Below, one piece after another: positions 9,041-20,000 of a stretch of DNA of 64,000 bases. Under the pieces are notes generated by a model. The model was not told where the DNA came from and searched no databases. It worked only from the letters and a program-made list of their open reading frames with translations. The stretch is from Candidatus Omnitrophota bacterium (GTDB lineage: Bacteria > Omnitrophota > Gorgyraeia > Zapsychrales > Fredricksoniimonadaceae). The position numbers and the translations under genes are program-made. The stretch is from positions 11,798 through 75,797 of the forward strand of contig JADFXX010000008.1 in NCBI GenBank assembly GCA_015233335.1. The letters run 5' to 3'. Within the stretch, counting starts at the first letter, position 1; each line of letters begins with the position of its first letter.

Positions 9041-9796
9041 ATGGCTGGGCGTCCTTGTGATCCGGCTGACCGGATCACAAGGACAATAGTGTTTATGGCC
9101 AATCATATTCAAAATATCCTTTTAAAAGGATCATTATTGGAAGTCCTGATAGCTGTCTGTTTTGCGGGGGCAGTTGCTTCCTTAAGTTCCTGCACTATTG
9201 TGCGTCTTCCGGTGCTGTTAGGGCTTGTCAGTACAACCGGTCAATCCAAGCACAGAGGTTTTTTACTTTCTATTGCTTTTTCTTGCGGTCTTATCATCAG
9301 TTACACCTTGATCGGCATGATTTTCGGGGCAATCGCACATATTGCTTCAAGGCTTATTAGTATCAGCATGTATTTGTATCTTTTTTTAGGGTTTGTCATG
9401 CTCCTCGGAGGGTTATTTTTTGCCGGTCTAATCCCTTTTTTGACCGGAGAACTGAATCGGCAGTGTGAGAAAGCAGTGAGGAAGGTCAAAACGCTTCCGT
9501 CGGCATTGATCTTCGGGATGTTATTTGCTTTTTTGGAGATGCCGGCCTGTCCTTGTTGCGGCGCCGTATTGCTTCTCATTGCCAGTTTGATCGCGATCAA
9601 AGGGTCTTTGTTCTATTCGGGAACAGTATTTTTTAGTTTTGCTTTAGGTCAGAGTTTTCCGATCCTAGTGATGGGTTTTTCCACAAGCGTATTAAAGCAT
9701 GTCTTACCTAAAACCCAGCACTTGGAAGGGATGATCAGTTTTCTAGTAGGTAATATTATCATTGTGTCGGGCGTATTTTTAATCATGCTCTCTTGA
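9041..9796 (+). CDS. CcdA/DsbD-like membrane thiol-redox protein (start may be ATG 9095)
   Basis: About six TM segments; SLSSC..RLP and PACPCCG motifs. Confidence 0.75.
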   Translation: MAGRPCDPADRITRTIVFMANHIQNILLKGSLLEVLIAVCFAGAVASLSSCTIVRLPVLLGLVSTTGQSKHRGFLLSIAFSCGLIISYTLIGMIFGAIAHIASRLISISMYLYLFLGFVMLLGGLFFAGLIPFLTGELNRQCEKAVRKVKTLPSALIFGMLFAFLEMPACPCCGAVLLLIASLIAIKGSLFYSGTVFFSFALGQSFPILVMGFSTSVLKHVLPKTQHLEGMISFLVGNIIIVSGVFLIMLS

Positions 9797-9801
9797 AGGA
9801 T

Positions 9802-10437
9802 ATGGAACATCATTCCGATCAGCGTCATCATGGCCATGGCCAAGATTGCAGCCATAGACACCCCAGTTTCGCTACTCGATGGTTATTGAGCGTATTGATG
9901 GTGGGAGTGATCTTGATTTCTTTGCGGTCTTTTCTGATAGGGCAGATGTTTGTCAGGCTGACGTCTTATTCTGCGTATTCCTATTATAATGACGCCATTC
10001 GTATATGTAAGAAAATTATTGCGATCGACCCGGGTAATAAACAAGCTTGGACGGCTCTGGGGTTTTCCTATATGGACGAGGCTCATGTGGATGGGGCTAT
10101 CAGGGCATTTGGGAAGGTCCTCGAACTTAATCCCCATGATCAAGGAGCGGCCTCCTTCGAGTTGGGCCAAGCTTATTTTTTGAAAAAGGATTACGTCCGC
10201 GCCATTGATTATTTTAAACGTGTCAGAGGCCGGGGGCCTCGCGCCGGAGTTCTGTTAGATGCGGACATTCTTAGATACCGACATGGTGTATCGGGATTTC
10301 AAAGTGTGCACAGCATGCGAATTTTACTGGGCATGCTGATCAAGTGTTATCAACAGACAGGAGACACATTAAAGGCCGCTGAGGTCCAAAAGGAATATGA
10401 TTTTTATAAAAATGAGCATAAAAAAATATTATTTTAA
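9802..10437 (+). CDS. TPR protein with His-rich N-terminus and TM anchor
   Basis: HHSDQRHHGHGQDCSHRH, a TM segment, then TPR repeats. Confidence 0.75.
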   Translation: MEHHSDQRHHGHGQDCSHRHPSFATRWLLSVLMVGVILISLRSFLIGQMFVRLTSYSAYSYYNDAIRICKKIIAIDPGNKQAWTALGFSYMDEAHVDGAIRAFGKVLELNPHDQGAASFELGQAYFLKKDYVRAIDYFKRVRGRGPRAGVLLDADILRYRHGVSGFQSVHSMRILLGMLIKCYQQTGDTLKAAEVQKEYDFYKNEHKKILF

Positions 10438-11428
10438 TCTAAAAAGTGTCATTGCGATCGTCATTTTCAGTGTCAAAATGTCTTATTGCTTCGCAATCAC
10501 AGGGTTGTGTCATTGCGAGCCCTTTTATTGGGCAAAGCAATCTTTTAGAAATATCGGACTATTAGGCTTGTTTTTTGTGTTTTTCACTGTAACGCCGGCA
10601 CATGCAGATAAGATCAAAGCTGTTGCAACCTTCAGTGTTATCGCTGATATGGTTCGCCATGTTGCCGGGGACTCTATTGATTTGCTCGTTCTGGTCGGCC
10701 CCAATGCCGATGCCCATGAATATGAGCCGGTTCCCGCGGACTCCGTTCACATTTCCAAAGCGGATATTATTTTTGAGAATGGCTTACACTTAGAGCATTG
10801 GCTTGACAAGCTTTATACGGCAAGCGGCACAAAAGCAAAACGCATTATTGTCTCCCGGGGAGTTTCTGTCCGGACCATGGGGGATAATCCTCAGGAATCC
10901 GATCCGCATGCTTGGCAGGATGTCACTAATGTTATCCTTTACGCCCAAAATATTTGTGATGCGCTTGTGGTTCTCGACCCTGTGAACAGGGTGAAATATG
11001 AGGCCCAAACTAAGGATTACGTCAAACAACTGCAAGCATTGGATGGCTGGGTTAAAGCTCAGGTTGCTCTTATCTCCGTAGAAAAGCGTAAATTAGTCAC
11101 TAATCATGATGCTCTAGGGTATTTTGCCCGACGTTATGGTTTTCAAATCATTGGGGCTGTTATACCCTCTGCAACAACTGAAGCGGCAGATCCCTCTGCC
11201 TTGCAAACCGCCCAATTATTAGATATTATTAAAAAGAACAACGTGCGTGCTATATTCTCGGAAAACATGGCTAATCTTAAATTAGCCCAGACCCTTTCAA
11301 AAGAAGCAGGTGTTGCCGTTGGCCCTGAATTATACACAGATGCTTTAGGGGTGATTGGTAGTGATGCCCAGACGTATATTCAAATGATCAAACATAATGT
11401 TAAGATTTTTGTTGAGTATTTAAAATGA
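10397..11428 (+). CDS. znuA: Zn/Mn ABC transporter substrate-binding protein (start uncertain; ATG 10412 plausible)
   Basis: DAHEYEP, DPHAW, HDALGYFARRYG; signal peptide ending AHA-D. Confidence 0.88.
   Translation: MIFIKMSIKKYYFNLKSVIAIVIFSVKMSYCFAITGLCHCEPFYWAKQSFRNIGLLGLFFVFFTVTPAHADKIKAVATFSVIADMVRHVAGDSIDLLVLVGPNADAHEYEPVPADSVHISKADIIFENGLHLEHWLDKLYTASGTKAKRIIVSRGVSVRTMGDNPQESDPHAWQDVTNVILYAQNICDALVVLDPVNRVKYEAQTKDYVKQLQALDGWVKAQVALISVEKRKLVTNHDALGYFARRYGFQIIGAVIPSATTEAADPSALQTAQLLDIIKKNNVRAIFSENMANLKLAQTLSKEAGVAVGPELYTDALGVIGSDAQTYIQMIKHNVKIFVEYLK
10446..10546. repeat. Family-A palindromic repeat (GTCATTGCGAG...GCAATCT), two units, inside the znuA 5' coding region
   Basis: GTGTCATTGCGA at 10446 and GTGTCATTGCGAGCCC...GGGCAAAGCAATCTTTT at 10507. 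Confidence 0.75.
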
Positions 11429-12177
11429 AATTCCCTTATTGTTCACACAGCCATAGTCATCCTGATCCTCACGCGCCGGCACTGGAAATCAAGGGCCTCG
11501 GAGTTTCCTATTTATCAGAGGGAAAATTTGCCCTTAAAGATTTTGATATCAGCATCAAGGCAGGTTCGGCCATGGCCTTGGTTGGGCCCAACGGTGCGGG
11601 GAAATCCACATTATTTAAAGCTATCTGCGGTCTTTTGCCTGTTCGTTGCGGGACTATCCGTGTTTTTGGTTTTCCATTGGGGGCGTGTCACAATAGGGTG
11701 GTTTTTTTGCCCCAGCGCAGTGAGATCGACTGGCAATTTCCTCTGAGTGTCTTGGACTTTGTGACTATGGGGCGGTATGTTTATTTGGGTTGGTTTTTCC
11801 CTTGTACAAAGAAAGATATCAATATTGCCCGTGATGCTTTAAAAGAAATGAACGTGCTGGATTTAGCACATCGACAGATCAGTCAATTGTCCGGAGGCCA
11901 GCAGCAAAGGGTGTTGATCGCTCGCGCCCTGACCCAAAACGCGGATTTGCTTTTACTCGATGAGCCTCTTAATGCGGTTGACGTGACCACCCGCCAGACG
12001 GTGGGGGAGGTTTTACAAAAAATTAAGGCCCAAGGAAAGACAGTTATTGTAGCGACCCATTATTACGATCATGAAGAGGGGCGTTACGATGGGGCTATTT
12101 ATTTAAAAGACGGCAAACAGATCAGTGGTACAAAAGATCAACAAGGTCCTGAAGACTTAGGATGTGATTGCCCATGA
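11425..12177 (+). CDS. znuC: Zn/Mn ABC transporter ATPase
   Basis: GPNGAGKST, LSGGQQQR, LLLLDEP. Confidence 0.88.
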   Translation: MKFPYCSHSHSHPDPHAPALEIKGLGVSYLSEGKFALKDFDISIKAGSAMALVGPNGAGKSTLFKAICGLLPVRCGTIRVFGFPLGACHNRVVFLPQRSEIDWQFPLSVLDFVTMGRYVYLGWFFPCTKKDINIARDALKEMNVLDLAHRQISQLSGGQQQRVLIARALTQNADLLLLDEPLNAVDVTTRQTVGEVLQKIKAQGKTVIVATHYYDHEEGRYDGAIYLKDGKQISGTKDQQGPEDLGCDCP

Positions 12178-13007
12178 TTCATTATCTTACTGACCCATTT
12201 CAATATTTGTTTATCGAACGTGCCATGATCGGTGCCGTTGTCATCGGTATTCTTTGCGCGGCATTGGGCACTTTTATAGTTTTAAGGCGGATGGCTGTCG
12301 TAGGGCATGCGCTGACGCATAGTGCTTTGCCGGGTCTCGTGGTCGCTTTTTTAATGGGGGGGAGTCTTTTTGCCGGGGCATTGACCGCCACCGTATTGAC
12401 GGCCTTTGGCATTGGTTTTCTAGCCCGTGATGAATCTGTCTATGAAGACACCTTAGTCGGCATGATCCCGAATGTCATGTTTGCTTTCGGCATTTTATTG
12501 ATCAGTACGACCAAATCATTCAGGGACCTGTTTTCCATGTTATTCGGCAACATTCTCGGGATCACTGATGGGGACTTACATTTGATCTTGCTTATTGCAG
12601 CGGTTGTGCTTGTTGCCCTGTTTTTATTTTATAAGGAGCTTAAATTATTTTCCGTTGATCCTAATTATGCCAAAACGATCGGCATGCCGGTTAATGCCAT
12701 ACGTTACGGGTTATTACTATTTTTATCTTTAACCGTAGTTGTGGGTATTCAGGCTGTAGGGACTGTTTTAACCAATGCTCTTTTGGTTGTTCCAGTGGCG
12801 TCTGCCCGTCTTTTGACGGACCGCTTGGGGCGCATGATCACATTATCCTGTATTTTTGCGGTATTATCTGCTGTGGGGGGAGTCTATGCTTCCTATTATT
12901 TGGGGACAGCTTCAGGGGCCTCGATCGTGATGTTTTGTTCTTTGATTTTCGCGCTTGCGTGGGTTTTTAAATTTGTTAAGAGCGCGTGTTTGAGGAAGGG
13001 GTCTTAA
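12174..13007 (+). CDS. znuB: Zn/Mn ABC transporter permease
   Basis: LRRMAVVGHALTHSALPG and multiple TM segments. Confidence 0.88.
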   Translation: MIHYLTDPFQYLFIERAMIGAVVIGILCAALGTFIVLRRMAVVGHALTHSALPGLVVAFLMGGSLFAGALTATVLTAFGIGFLARDESVYEDTLVGMIPNVMFAFGILLISTTKSFRDLFSMLFGNILGITDGDLHLILLIAAVVLVALFLFYKELKLFSVDPNYAKTIGMPVNAIRYGLLLFLSLTVVVGIQAVGTVLTNALLVVPVASARLLTDRLGRMITLSCIFAVLSAVGGVYASYYLGTASGASIVMFCSLIFALAWVFKFVKSACLRKGS

Positions 13008-13576
13008 TGCGTTGGATTTTGATATGCGTGTGTATACTTCTGGCCGCACGACCGGCACCGGCTTGGACCCAAAATCAGCCTAAGCTTGGGGCGGCTCCTT
13101 TGAAATTTTCGAGGAATAAAATTGACTATGAGGTTGTTTCTTTTGAAAGTTTATATTTTGATTATAAACCTCCGGTGGATGTCGAACATCCAGATGGGAA
13201 TATTACCAAAGGGACAAAGGTGCCGATGCCTATTCCTGGTAATATTCAAGCATTGAATGGGAAGAAGGTCGCTATTAAAGGTTTTGTCATACCGTTAGCC
13301 AACTCTGAAGGTCAGAGCATTAAAGAGTTTTTATTTGCGGACCAGTTAGTCAGCTGTTTATTTTGCGCCATGTTAGGATACGATCAATGGATGGTTGGAA
13401 CAGTCGTGGATCCTAAGGGTTTTCAGATTAAAGAAGATGAGTTTGAAGAGCCTATCATCATATTCGGCACTTTAGAGGTCGGTCCAAAATTTGAAGACGG
13501 TGAATTTATCGGCCTATACCGCATTAAAGCAGATGGTTTCGAACCGGGCCGAAAGAAGTTCTTGGGGGTCTTATAG
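13007..13576 (+). CDS. Exported DUF3299-like protein
   Basis: ALNGKKVAIKGFVIPL...EFL...SCLFC; signal peptide. Confidence 0.65.
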   Translation: MRWILICVCILLAARPAPAWTQNQPKLGAAPLKFSRNKIDYEVVSFESLYFDYKPPVDVEHPDGNITKGTKVPMPIPGNIQALNGKKVAIKGFVIPLANSEGQSIKEFLFADQLVSCLFCAMLGYDQWMVGTVVDPKGFQIKEDEFEEPIIIFGTLEVGPKFEDGEFIGLYRIKADGFEPGRKKFLGVL

Positions 13577-13578
13577 CT

Positions 13579-13833
13579 ATGGGCCGGATCAAATTAGATT
13601 TACATGATATTTATAATCGAGGCCGTTCGATTGACGCTGAACTAGGCCGTGTAATCCGCGAAGCGGTAGAGCACGGCATCCCTTTAGTTGAAATCATTCC
13701 GGGCAAGGGCAGCGGTCAGCTAAAGAAACACGTTTTACGTTTTTTAGAACAGAAAGACATTAAAGCGTTGTATCACCGTATTGAGAAAGATGACAAGAAT
13801 TTTGGCAGAATATTTGTCCACTTTAAAAAATAG
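13579..13833 (+). CDS. Stand-alone Smr/MutS2 domain protein
   Basis: LDLH and IIPGKGSGQLK. Confidence 0.85.
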   Translation: MGRIKLDLHDIYNRGRSIDAELGRVIREAVEHGIPLVEIIPGKGSGQLKKHVLRFLEQKDIKALYHRIEKDDKNFGRIFVHFKK

Positions 13834-13851
13834 GGGGGCACTCTTTTTTTA

Positions 13852-13880
13852 TTGCTCTTTTTGGGTTATATGGGTAGAAT
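13852..13880 (+). promoter_or_regulatory. sigma70-type promoter
   Basis: TTGCTC-17-TAGAAT upstream of the 13949 gene. Confidence 0.45.
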
Positions 13881-13948
13881 AGCCAATATGCCTGGAAATC
13901 GTCGGCATGATCATTTGAATTTGACAGATTAATTTAGGGAGGTATGAA

Positions 13949-14749
13949 GTGGCTGAAACCGTATTGAATCAGCAGGAGTCCAAGGTTGATCCTATCCTGG
14001 ATACACACGCGCAAAATATCCGTTTAAAAAGAATTATAGGCATTATTCTTTCTTTAATCTTGATTGGATTGGCCGCGTTTGTGTTTTATCTACAGAATCA
14101 AAATTCTGATATCCTTTCCCAGACAACCGATTTATCATTGAATGCCAATGTGCATGCCGCTTCTAATTATAGGAGCTATGTCCGTCATTACAAAGAAACC
14201 AAGATCCAATTGGATGAAACCACCCGAAAACTCGAAGAGGTCAACCGTCAGCTGGATCAGGTCACTTCTGAATTAACATCAACCAAAGGCATGCTTATTC
14301 AGACACAGGGCATGCTGACCCAGGCGCAGGATGAAAATAGCAAGTTAAAAGAGCAATTAAAAGGTTTGGAAGACTTGCGTAATACAGAAGGCGTGAAAAA
14401 TATAGGTGAACTGCAAGCCAGAATCACCAATTTAAAAGAAAAAGATTCTCAGATCAGCACCCAGCTAGCAGAATTAAAGAACCAGCTGCGCGCTTTTGAG
14501 GGAGAATTTTCCAATTTGGACGAAGGCCAGTCTTTGGTCGTGCTTTTTCAGAACAAGATCAAACTAGTAAAAAGCCGTATGCGCTATTTGAATCAGGAAG
14601 CTTATTTTACCAAGATCGCGGCCCAAAAAGAAAAAGACCGTTTGGCTATTTTAAACGGTAATAATGGTTTCATTGTCCGTAGCGGTCAGTTACAGAATCC
14701 CAGCAGTACCAAGAAATCATTTGCCATTGATGTTAAAATCGTCCAGTAA
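13949..14749 (+). CDS. Membrane-anchored long coiled-coil protein
   Basis: GGGAGG RBS, GTG start, TM segment, heptad repeats. Confidence 0.7.
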   Translation: MAETVLNQQESKVDPILDTHAQNIRLKRIIGIILSLILIGLAAFVFYLQNQNSDILSQTTDLSLNANVHAASNYRSYVRHYKETKIQLDETTRKLEEVNRQLDQVTSELTSTKGMLIQTQGMLTQAQDENSKLKEQLKGLEDLRNTEGVKNIGELQARITNLKEKDSQISTQLAELKNQLRAFEGEFSNLDEGQSLVVLFQNKIKLVKSRMRYLNQEAYFTKIAAQKEKDRLAILNGNNGFIVRSGQLQNPSSTKKSFAIDVKIVQ

Positions 14750-14769
14750 TTAGATATAATCAAGAAATT

Positions 14770-14806
14770 TAAGGGACGTATGGAGTATCATACGTCCTTT
14801 TTTTTT
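14770..14806 (+). terminator. Intrinsic terminator-like hairpin
   Basis: GGACGTATG-GAGTAT-CATACGTCC followed by a T run. Confidence 0.65.
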
Positions 14807-15028
14807 ATGAAAATCCAGATCAAGGTTATTACCAATGCGAAAAGGACAATGTGGAAAGATGAGGATGGGAACATCAAGGTTTATCTGACCGCGCGCCCGA
14901 TCGATGGTCAGGCCAATGAGGCTTTGATTGATTTTTTAGCAGAGCATTGGGGGGTCAAAAAATCGGCTATCCAGATCGTAAAAGGGTTGAAATCTCATTA
15001 TAAAGTAGTTAATATATTAGGAATTTAA
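14807..15028 (+). CDS. DUF167/YggU family protein
   Basis: PIDGQANEALIDFLA...GLKSHYK. Confidence 0.85.
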   Translation: MKIQIKVITNAKRTMWKDEDGNIKVYLTARPIDGQANEALIDFLAEHWGVKKSAIQIVKGLKSHYKVVNILGI

Positions 15029-15047
15029 TTTTAAGAAGGAGCGGGTT

Positions 15048-15500
15048 ATGTCTTTGGAAGATAAAATCGGACAGGATTATGTATCGGCGATGAAGGCCCG
15101 GGATTCTTTTCTCTCATCAGTATTGAGTTTTTTACGCGCGCAGATCAAGAATGTCAAAGTGGATCGTCGTCTGGAAGCCCTTCCTGATGAGGAAGTCATT
15201 GCTGTGATCAAAAAACAGGCTAAACAGCGGCAGGATTCGATCAGTCAATTCAAATCCGGCGGCCGCACGGATTTAGCCGAAAAGGAAGAAAAAGAGCTGG
15301 TTATTTTAAAAAGCTATCTTCCGCCTGAAATGTCCCCTGAGCAGTTAAAAATGATCATAGATGAAATCATCAGCTCAAGCAATGCCACATCCATCAAAGA
15401 TATGGGGCGCGTGATGAAGGATGTTTTGGCCCGTTTAGCAGGTCAAGCGGATAATCAAACCGTCAGCGCAAGAGTCAAGGAACGTTTAAGTCAAATGTAA
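15048..15500 (+). CDS. GatB/YqeY domain protein
   Basis: KQRQDSISQF..GGRTDLAEKE; KDMGRVMK. Confidence 0.9.
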   Translation: MSLEDKIGQDYVSAMKARDSFLSSVLSFLRAQIKNVKVDRRLEALPDEEVIAVIKKQAKQRQDSISQFKSGGRTDLAEKEEKELVILKSYLPPEMSPEQLKMIIDEIISSSNATSIKDMGRVMKDVLARLAGQADNQTVSARVKERLSQM

Positions 15501-15507
15501 GGGGTTT

Positions 15508-16329
15508 ATGGGGATTTTTAAAAGAATTTTATTGGGTTTGTTAATCTGTACAGTAATTTTTTGTATTGGCTTTACGCTTTGGCTGCGTGACCGTTATGTG
15601 GTTCCGATCATAACATATCATCATGTGGGCATCCCATCTGTCGGAAAATACCGTCTTAATACTGTTTCGGTTGACTCATTTAAATACCAGATGTCTTTTT
15701 TGAAGAGGCATGGTTTCGAAGTGATCAGTTTTGATGATCTTGTTGAAGGGCTGAAAAAAGGTCATACATTCGCTCGCAATACCGTTGTTATTCAATTTGA
15801 TGACGGTTATGAAGATAATTATACCTTCGCGTTTCCCATTCTAAAAAAATATAATTTGCCCGCCATGGTGTTTTTAGTATCCGACAAAATAGGCGCTCCG
15901 GGGTTTTTGACATGGGATGAGATGAGAGAAATGGAAAAGGATAATTTTATGGCAGGGGCCCATACCCGGCATCATGTTTATTTACCTGAAGTTTCTTTGG
16001 CCCAAGCGCGGGATGAAATAGCCGGCAGTAAAACAATGATCGAAGATCATCTGGGGCATCAGATCAATTATTTTGCTTATCCCTCAGGAGGGTTCAGCGT
16101 GGATATCAAGCAAATTGTCCAAGAAGCCGGCTATAAGGCGGCAGTCACGACCAACCGCGGCAAGTATTATTTTAATGAGGATCTCTATGAGCTTAAACGT
16201 ATCCGGATGAGTAATACAGATAACAGGTGGTCAGGTTTGATTATGTGGTTTAAATTATCCGGTTATTACAATTTATTCCGTGAAGCCAAGGACCCCGGAT
16301 TAAAGAAAAAACTAAAGACTGTCTATTAG
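15508..16329 (+). CDS. Polysaccharide deacetylase (CE4)
   Basis: PIITYHH, FDDGY, HTRHH, FAYP.G. Confidence 0.88.
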   Translation: MGIFKRILLGLLICTVIFCIGFTLWLRDRYVVPIITYHHVGIPSVGKYRLNTVSVDSFKYQMSFLKRHGFEVISFDDLVEGLKKGHTFARNTVVIQFDDGYEDNYTFAFPILKKYNLPAMVFLVSDKIGAPGFLTWDEMREMEKDNFMAGAHTRHHVYLPEVSLAQARDEIAGSKTMIEDHLGHQINYFAYPSGGFSVDIKQIVQEAGYKAAVTTNRGKYYFNEDLYELKRIRMSNTDNRWSGLIMWFKLSGYYNLFREAKDPGLKKKLKTVY

Positions 16330-16341
16330 AAGATTACGACT

Positions 16342-17064
16342 ATGCCAAAGGATAAGCGCAATTATTTGTTAGACGGGATCATCAAACTTTTTGAAAATGA
16401 AAGCAGGGGAATGATCGCTGACCTTGGCTGTGGGGATGGTGATTATTCCATCGCTTTGACAAACATGGGCTTTAAGGTCACGGCGTGTGATCTGGATGCA
16501 GCTCGTTTTAAGCATAAAGATAAAATTAATTTCAAGGTCTGTGATATGACCCGTCCATTGCCCTTTGAAACAGCTTCTTTTGATTATGTTATTTTAGCCG
16601 AAGTGATAGAACATTTAAGAAACCCTTATCAGGTCCTACAGGAGTTAGGCCGGATTCTTAAGCCCGGCGGAAAGATGGTCCTGTCGACCCCGAATATTTT
16701 AAGTTTAAAATCAAGGATGAGGTTCCTTTTTGAAGGATGCTGGGAATATTTTAGGGAGCCGCCTCTTGAGAATTCAAAAAACCCTAAGGCGGTCATATTT
16801 AATCTTCATTTGATTCCCTGGCGGTATCATGAGCTGGAATATTTACTCCTCGATTCTCATTTTGAGGTTCAAGCCGTGGCGACGAGTATTTATGAGTGCC
16901 GCGCCTTGGGCTTTTTAAAGCCGTTGATTGAGTTTCAGTTGAGGTCTAAAGAAGCAAGTTCCCGAAAAAAAGGCGGTCTAGATTATTCACGCATCAACAG
17001 GGTCCTGTTAACGGATGAAATCCTTTTTGGCCGGCATCTCATCGTAAAGGCAGTGAAAAAATGA
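16342..17064 (+). CDS. Class I SAM-dependent methyltransferase
   Basis: DLGCGDG, EVIEHL, LKPGG. Confidence 0.88.
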   Translation: MPKDKRNYLLDGIIKLFENESRGMIADLGCGDGDYSIALTNMGFKVTACDLDAARFKHKDKINFKVCDMTRPLPFETASFDYVILAEVIEHLRNPYQVLQELGRILKPGGKMVLSTPNILSLKSRMRFLFEGCWEYFREPPLENSKNPKAVIFNLHLIPWRYHELEYLLLDSHFEVQAVATSIYECRALGFLKPLIEFQLRSKEASSRKKGGLDYSRINRVLLTDEILFGRHLIVKAVKK

Positions 17065-20000
17065 ACCAATATTATTTAGATAATACCGGGGCATTTGTCA
17101 TTGAAGATTATCAGCATGCAAAACTATTCGCTGATTTCTTTCCCGGGGTTGCCGGTTTATACGGCATCCCGACATGGGCGTTTTATGTCAACCGCGGTCA
17201 GGCGGTCGGCTCATTCGGCATTGAATCCAAAGATAAGGCCATTTTAGAATTTCAACCGGCCAATAAGGCGTATCGTTTGACGTCCATACAGGGTTTTAGG
17301 ACCTTTTTAAAGATCAATGACGGCACCAAACAGAAATTTTATGAACCTTTCAGCAACAGCGTCTTGAGTCCGTTCAAGGTCCGTCAACGCATGCTGATAA
17401 CCAGCCATGATCTGACCATTGAAGAGATCAATACGACGCTGGGGCTTAAGGTTGTGATCAATTATTTTACCATGCCCGAAGAACCTTTTGCCGCGCTGGT
17501 GCGCCGGGTCAGCATTGAAAATACGGGCCGAAAGAAATTAGATATTCAATGTGTGGATGGTTTGCCGGCCATTAACCCTTATGGATTAAAAGACTGGCTG
17601 GGAAAACATTTGGGCCGAACCGTTGAGGCTTGGGTGGCTGTACGTAATATTCAAAACAAAGCTCCCTATTACCAATTTAAAGTTGAAGTGGCGGACACTC
17701 CTCAGGTGACCCCGATTTGTGAGGGGAATTTTTATTTTGCTTTTGACTCTGATTCACGCTCTTTATTGGACATGATTGTTGAGGCATCCTGTGTCTTTGG
17801 GTATGCCAGTGATTTCTCGGCCCCTGAGAATTTTTTGCGGGAAAAAGATTTTTCTCTGCCGAAACATCAGGAAACCACCAATCGCACACCGTCAGCGATG
17901 AGTTTTTCCAGATTTGTCCTCTGTGGCCAGAAGAAGCACGATATAACGGCTATCGCTGGCTTTGCTCATGATTTGGCGGAGTTAAAGAAGGTGGTCGTCA
18001 AATCCAAGAATAAAAGCTATATTGAGGACAAGGCCCGGCGTAACCGTCAGATCATCGATGAGATCAAGGGTTATTGTTCGACCCATAGCTCTTCTAATGA
18101 ATTTGACCAGTATTGCGGACAGAACTTTTTAGATAATATCCTCCGTGGCGGCCTGCCGATATCACTGCAAACGGCGGAAGGGCCGGTATCATTTAATGTG
18201 TATAGCCGCAAACATGGGGACCTGGAGCGTGATTACAACTTTTTCATGCTGGCAGCGACCTATCTTTCCCAAGGAAACGGTAATTACCGCGATGTTAACC
18301 AAAATCGCCGCAATGATATCTGGTTTAATCCCGATGTCAAGGACAGCAGTTTGGTCAATTTTTTAAATTTAATTCAGGCGGACGGGTATAACCCTTTGGT
18401 TGTTAAGGGGGCCATCTTTGTTGTTAAAGATGATGCGGCGATTGAAGAGATATGTCATGAATTTGATGTGCTTGAAGATGCGGATAAGCTAAAAGAAACT
18501 CTTAAAAAAGGCTATATGCCCGGTGAACTGTTAAAATTTGTCACACGTGAAATTGCCATTAAGGGCAAGCCTGATGATTTTTTAACAAAGGTCTTAGGGG
18601 TATCGGCCAAGCATGAATCCGCTGATCCGGGAGAAGGTTTTTGGAGCGATCATTGGACGTATAACCTGGATTTGATCGAAAGTTATCTGGGGCTTTATCC
18701 GGAAAAACTCAAAGAACTTGTTTTGGAAAAAAGGATTTTTAATTTCTTCTTGAATGATTTTTATGTGCTTCCCAGAGAAGCGCGTTTAGTTTTGACTCCG
18801 GCCGGGGTCAGGCAATACCATTCGCTCTCAGAGCATGATAAAGAGGTCAAGGCCAAGGCCAAAGGCTATAAATTACGCGGGGATGACGGACAGGGGGAGG
18901 TTTATACGACGAGTTTGTTGGTCAAATTGATCTGTATATTGGCCAATAAAGCGGCAAGCCTTGATCCCAGCGGCATCGGGATCGAAATGGAAGCGAACAA
19001 GCCTAACTGGTATGACGCGCTTAATGGCCTGCCGGGTCTTTTAGGCTCTTCGATCTCAGAGACTTTTGAAGTCAAACGTCTTGCTGTTTTTGTTAAAAAG
19101 TCCCTTGAGCAGTTAAGACTGGATGATCATGTCACAGTTTTGGTTTTTGAAGAATTAGTAGATTTTATTCAGGCTTTGACACATGTATTATCTTCAGAAA
19201 GCGAACCATTAAAATATTGGCAGAAATCCAATGATCTTAAAGAGCACTACCGTCATGCCGTCCGTTATGGCATCAGGGGACAGGAAAAATTCTTAACTAT
19301 TCCTGAAATTAAGAAATTTCTGGACGGTATTATCGAAAAATGTGATACAGGTATAACCCAAGCCCGCTACGATAACGGGCTTTTCGCGACCTATTTCTAC
19401 CATGAAGTGATTGAGTATGATCTTTTAGACCGTTCCCATCACGGCCATCATCATGTGAGGGCCAAAGCTTTTAAACGCCATGACCTGCCTTTGTTTCTGG
19501 AAGGCTTTGTCCATGCCCTTAGGACACAGACCAATTCTGAAAACGCTTCAATTCTTTATAAAGCGGTCAAATCCAGTCCTGTTTATGACCGTGCCCTTAA
19601 GATGTATAAGGTCAATACGGATTTATCCAAAGAGTCCGATGAGATCGGACGCACCCGTATTTTTCCCTCGGGGTGGCTTGAGAATGAGTCTGTCTGGCTT
19701 CATATGGAATACAAATATTTTTTAGAACTTTTGCGCCATGGATTGCCTAAGGAATTTTTCGCGGAAATCAAAGGCTCTTTGGTCCCATTTTTGGATCCGG
19801 CGATGTATGGGCGAAGTATTTTGCAGAACTCCTCATTCATTGCTTCCTCAGCCCACGAAGATAAGAATTTACATGGCCAAGGTTTTGTGGCCCGTCTTTC
19901 CGGAAGTACAGCGGAGTTCCTGCATATTTGGCTTATCATGAACATGGGGGTACGTCCCTTTACTTTGGATGCACAAGGGCGTTTGACCCTAAGCTTCAAT

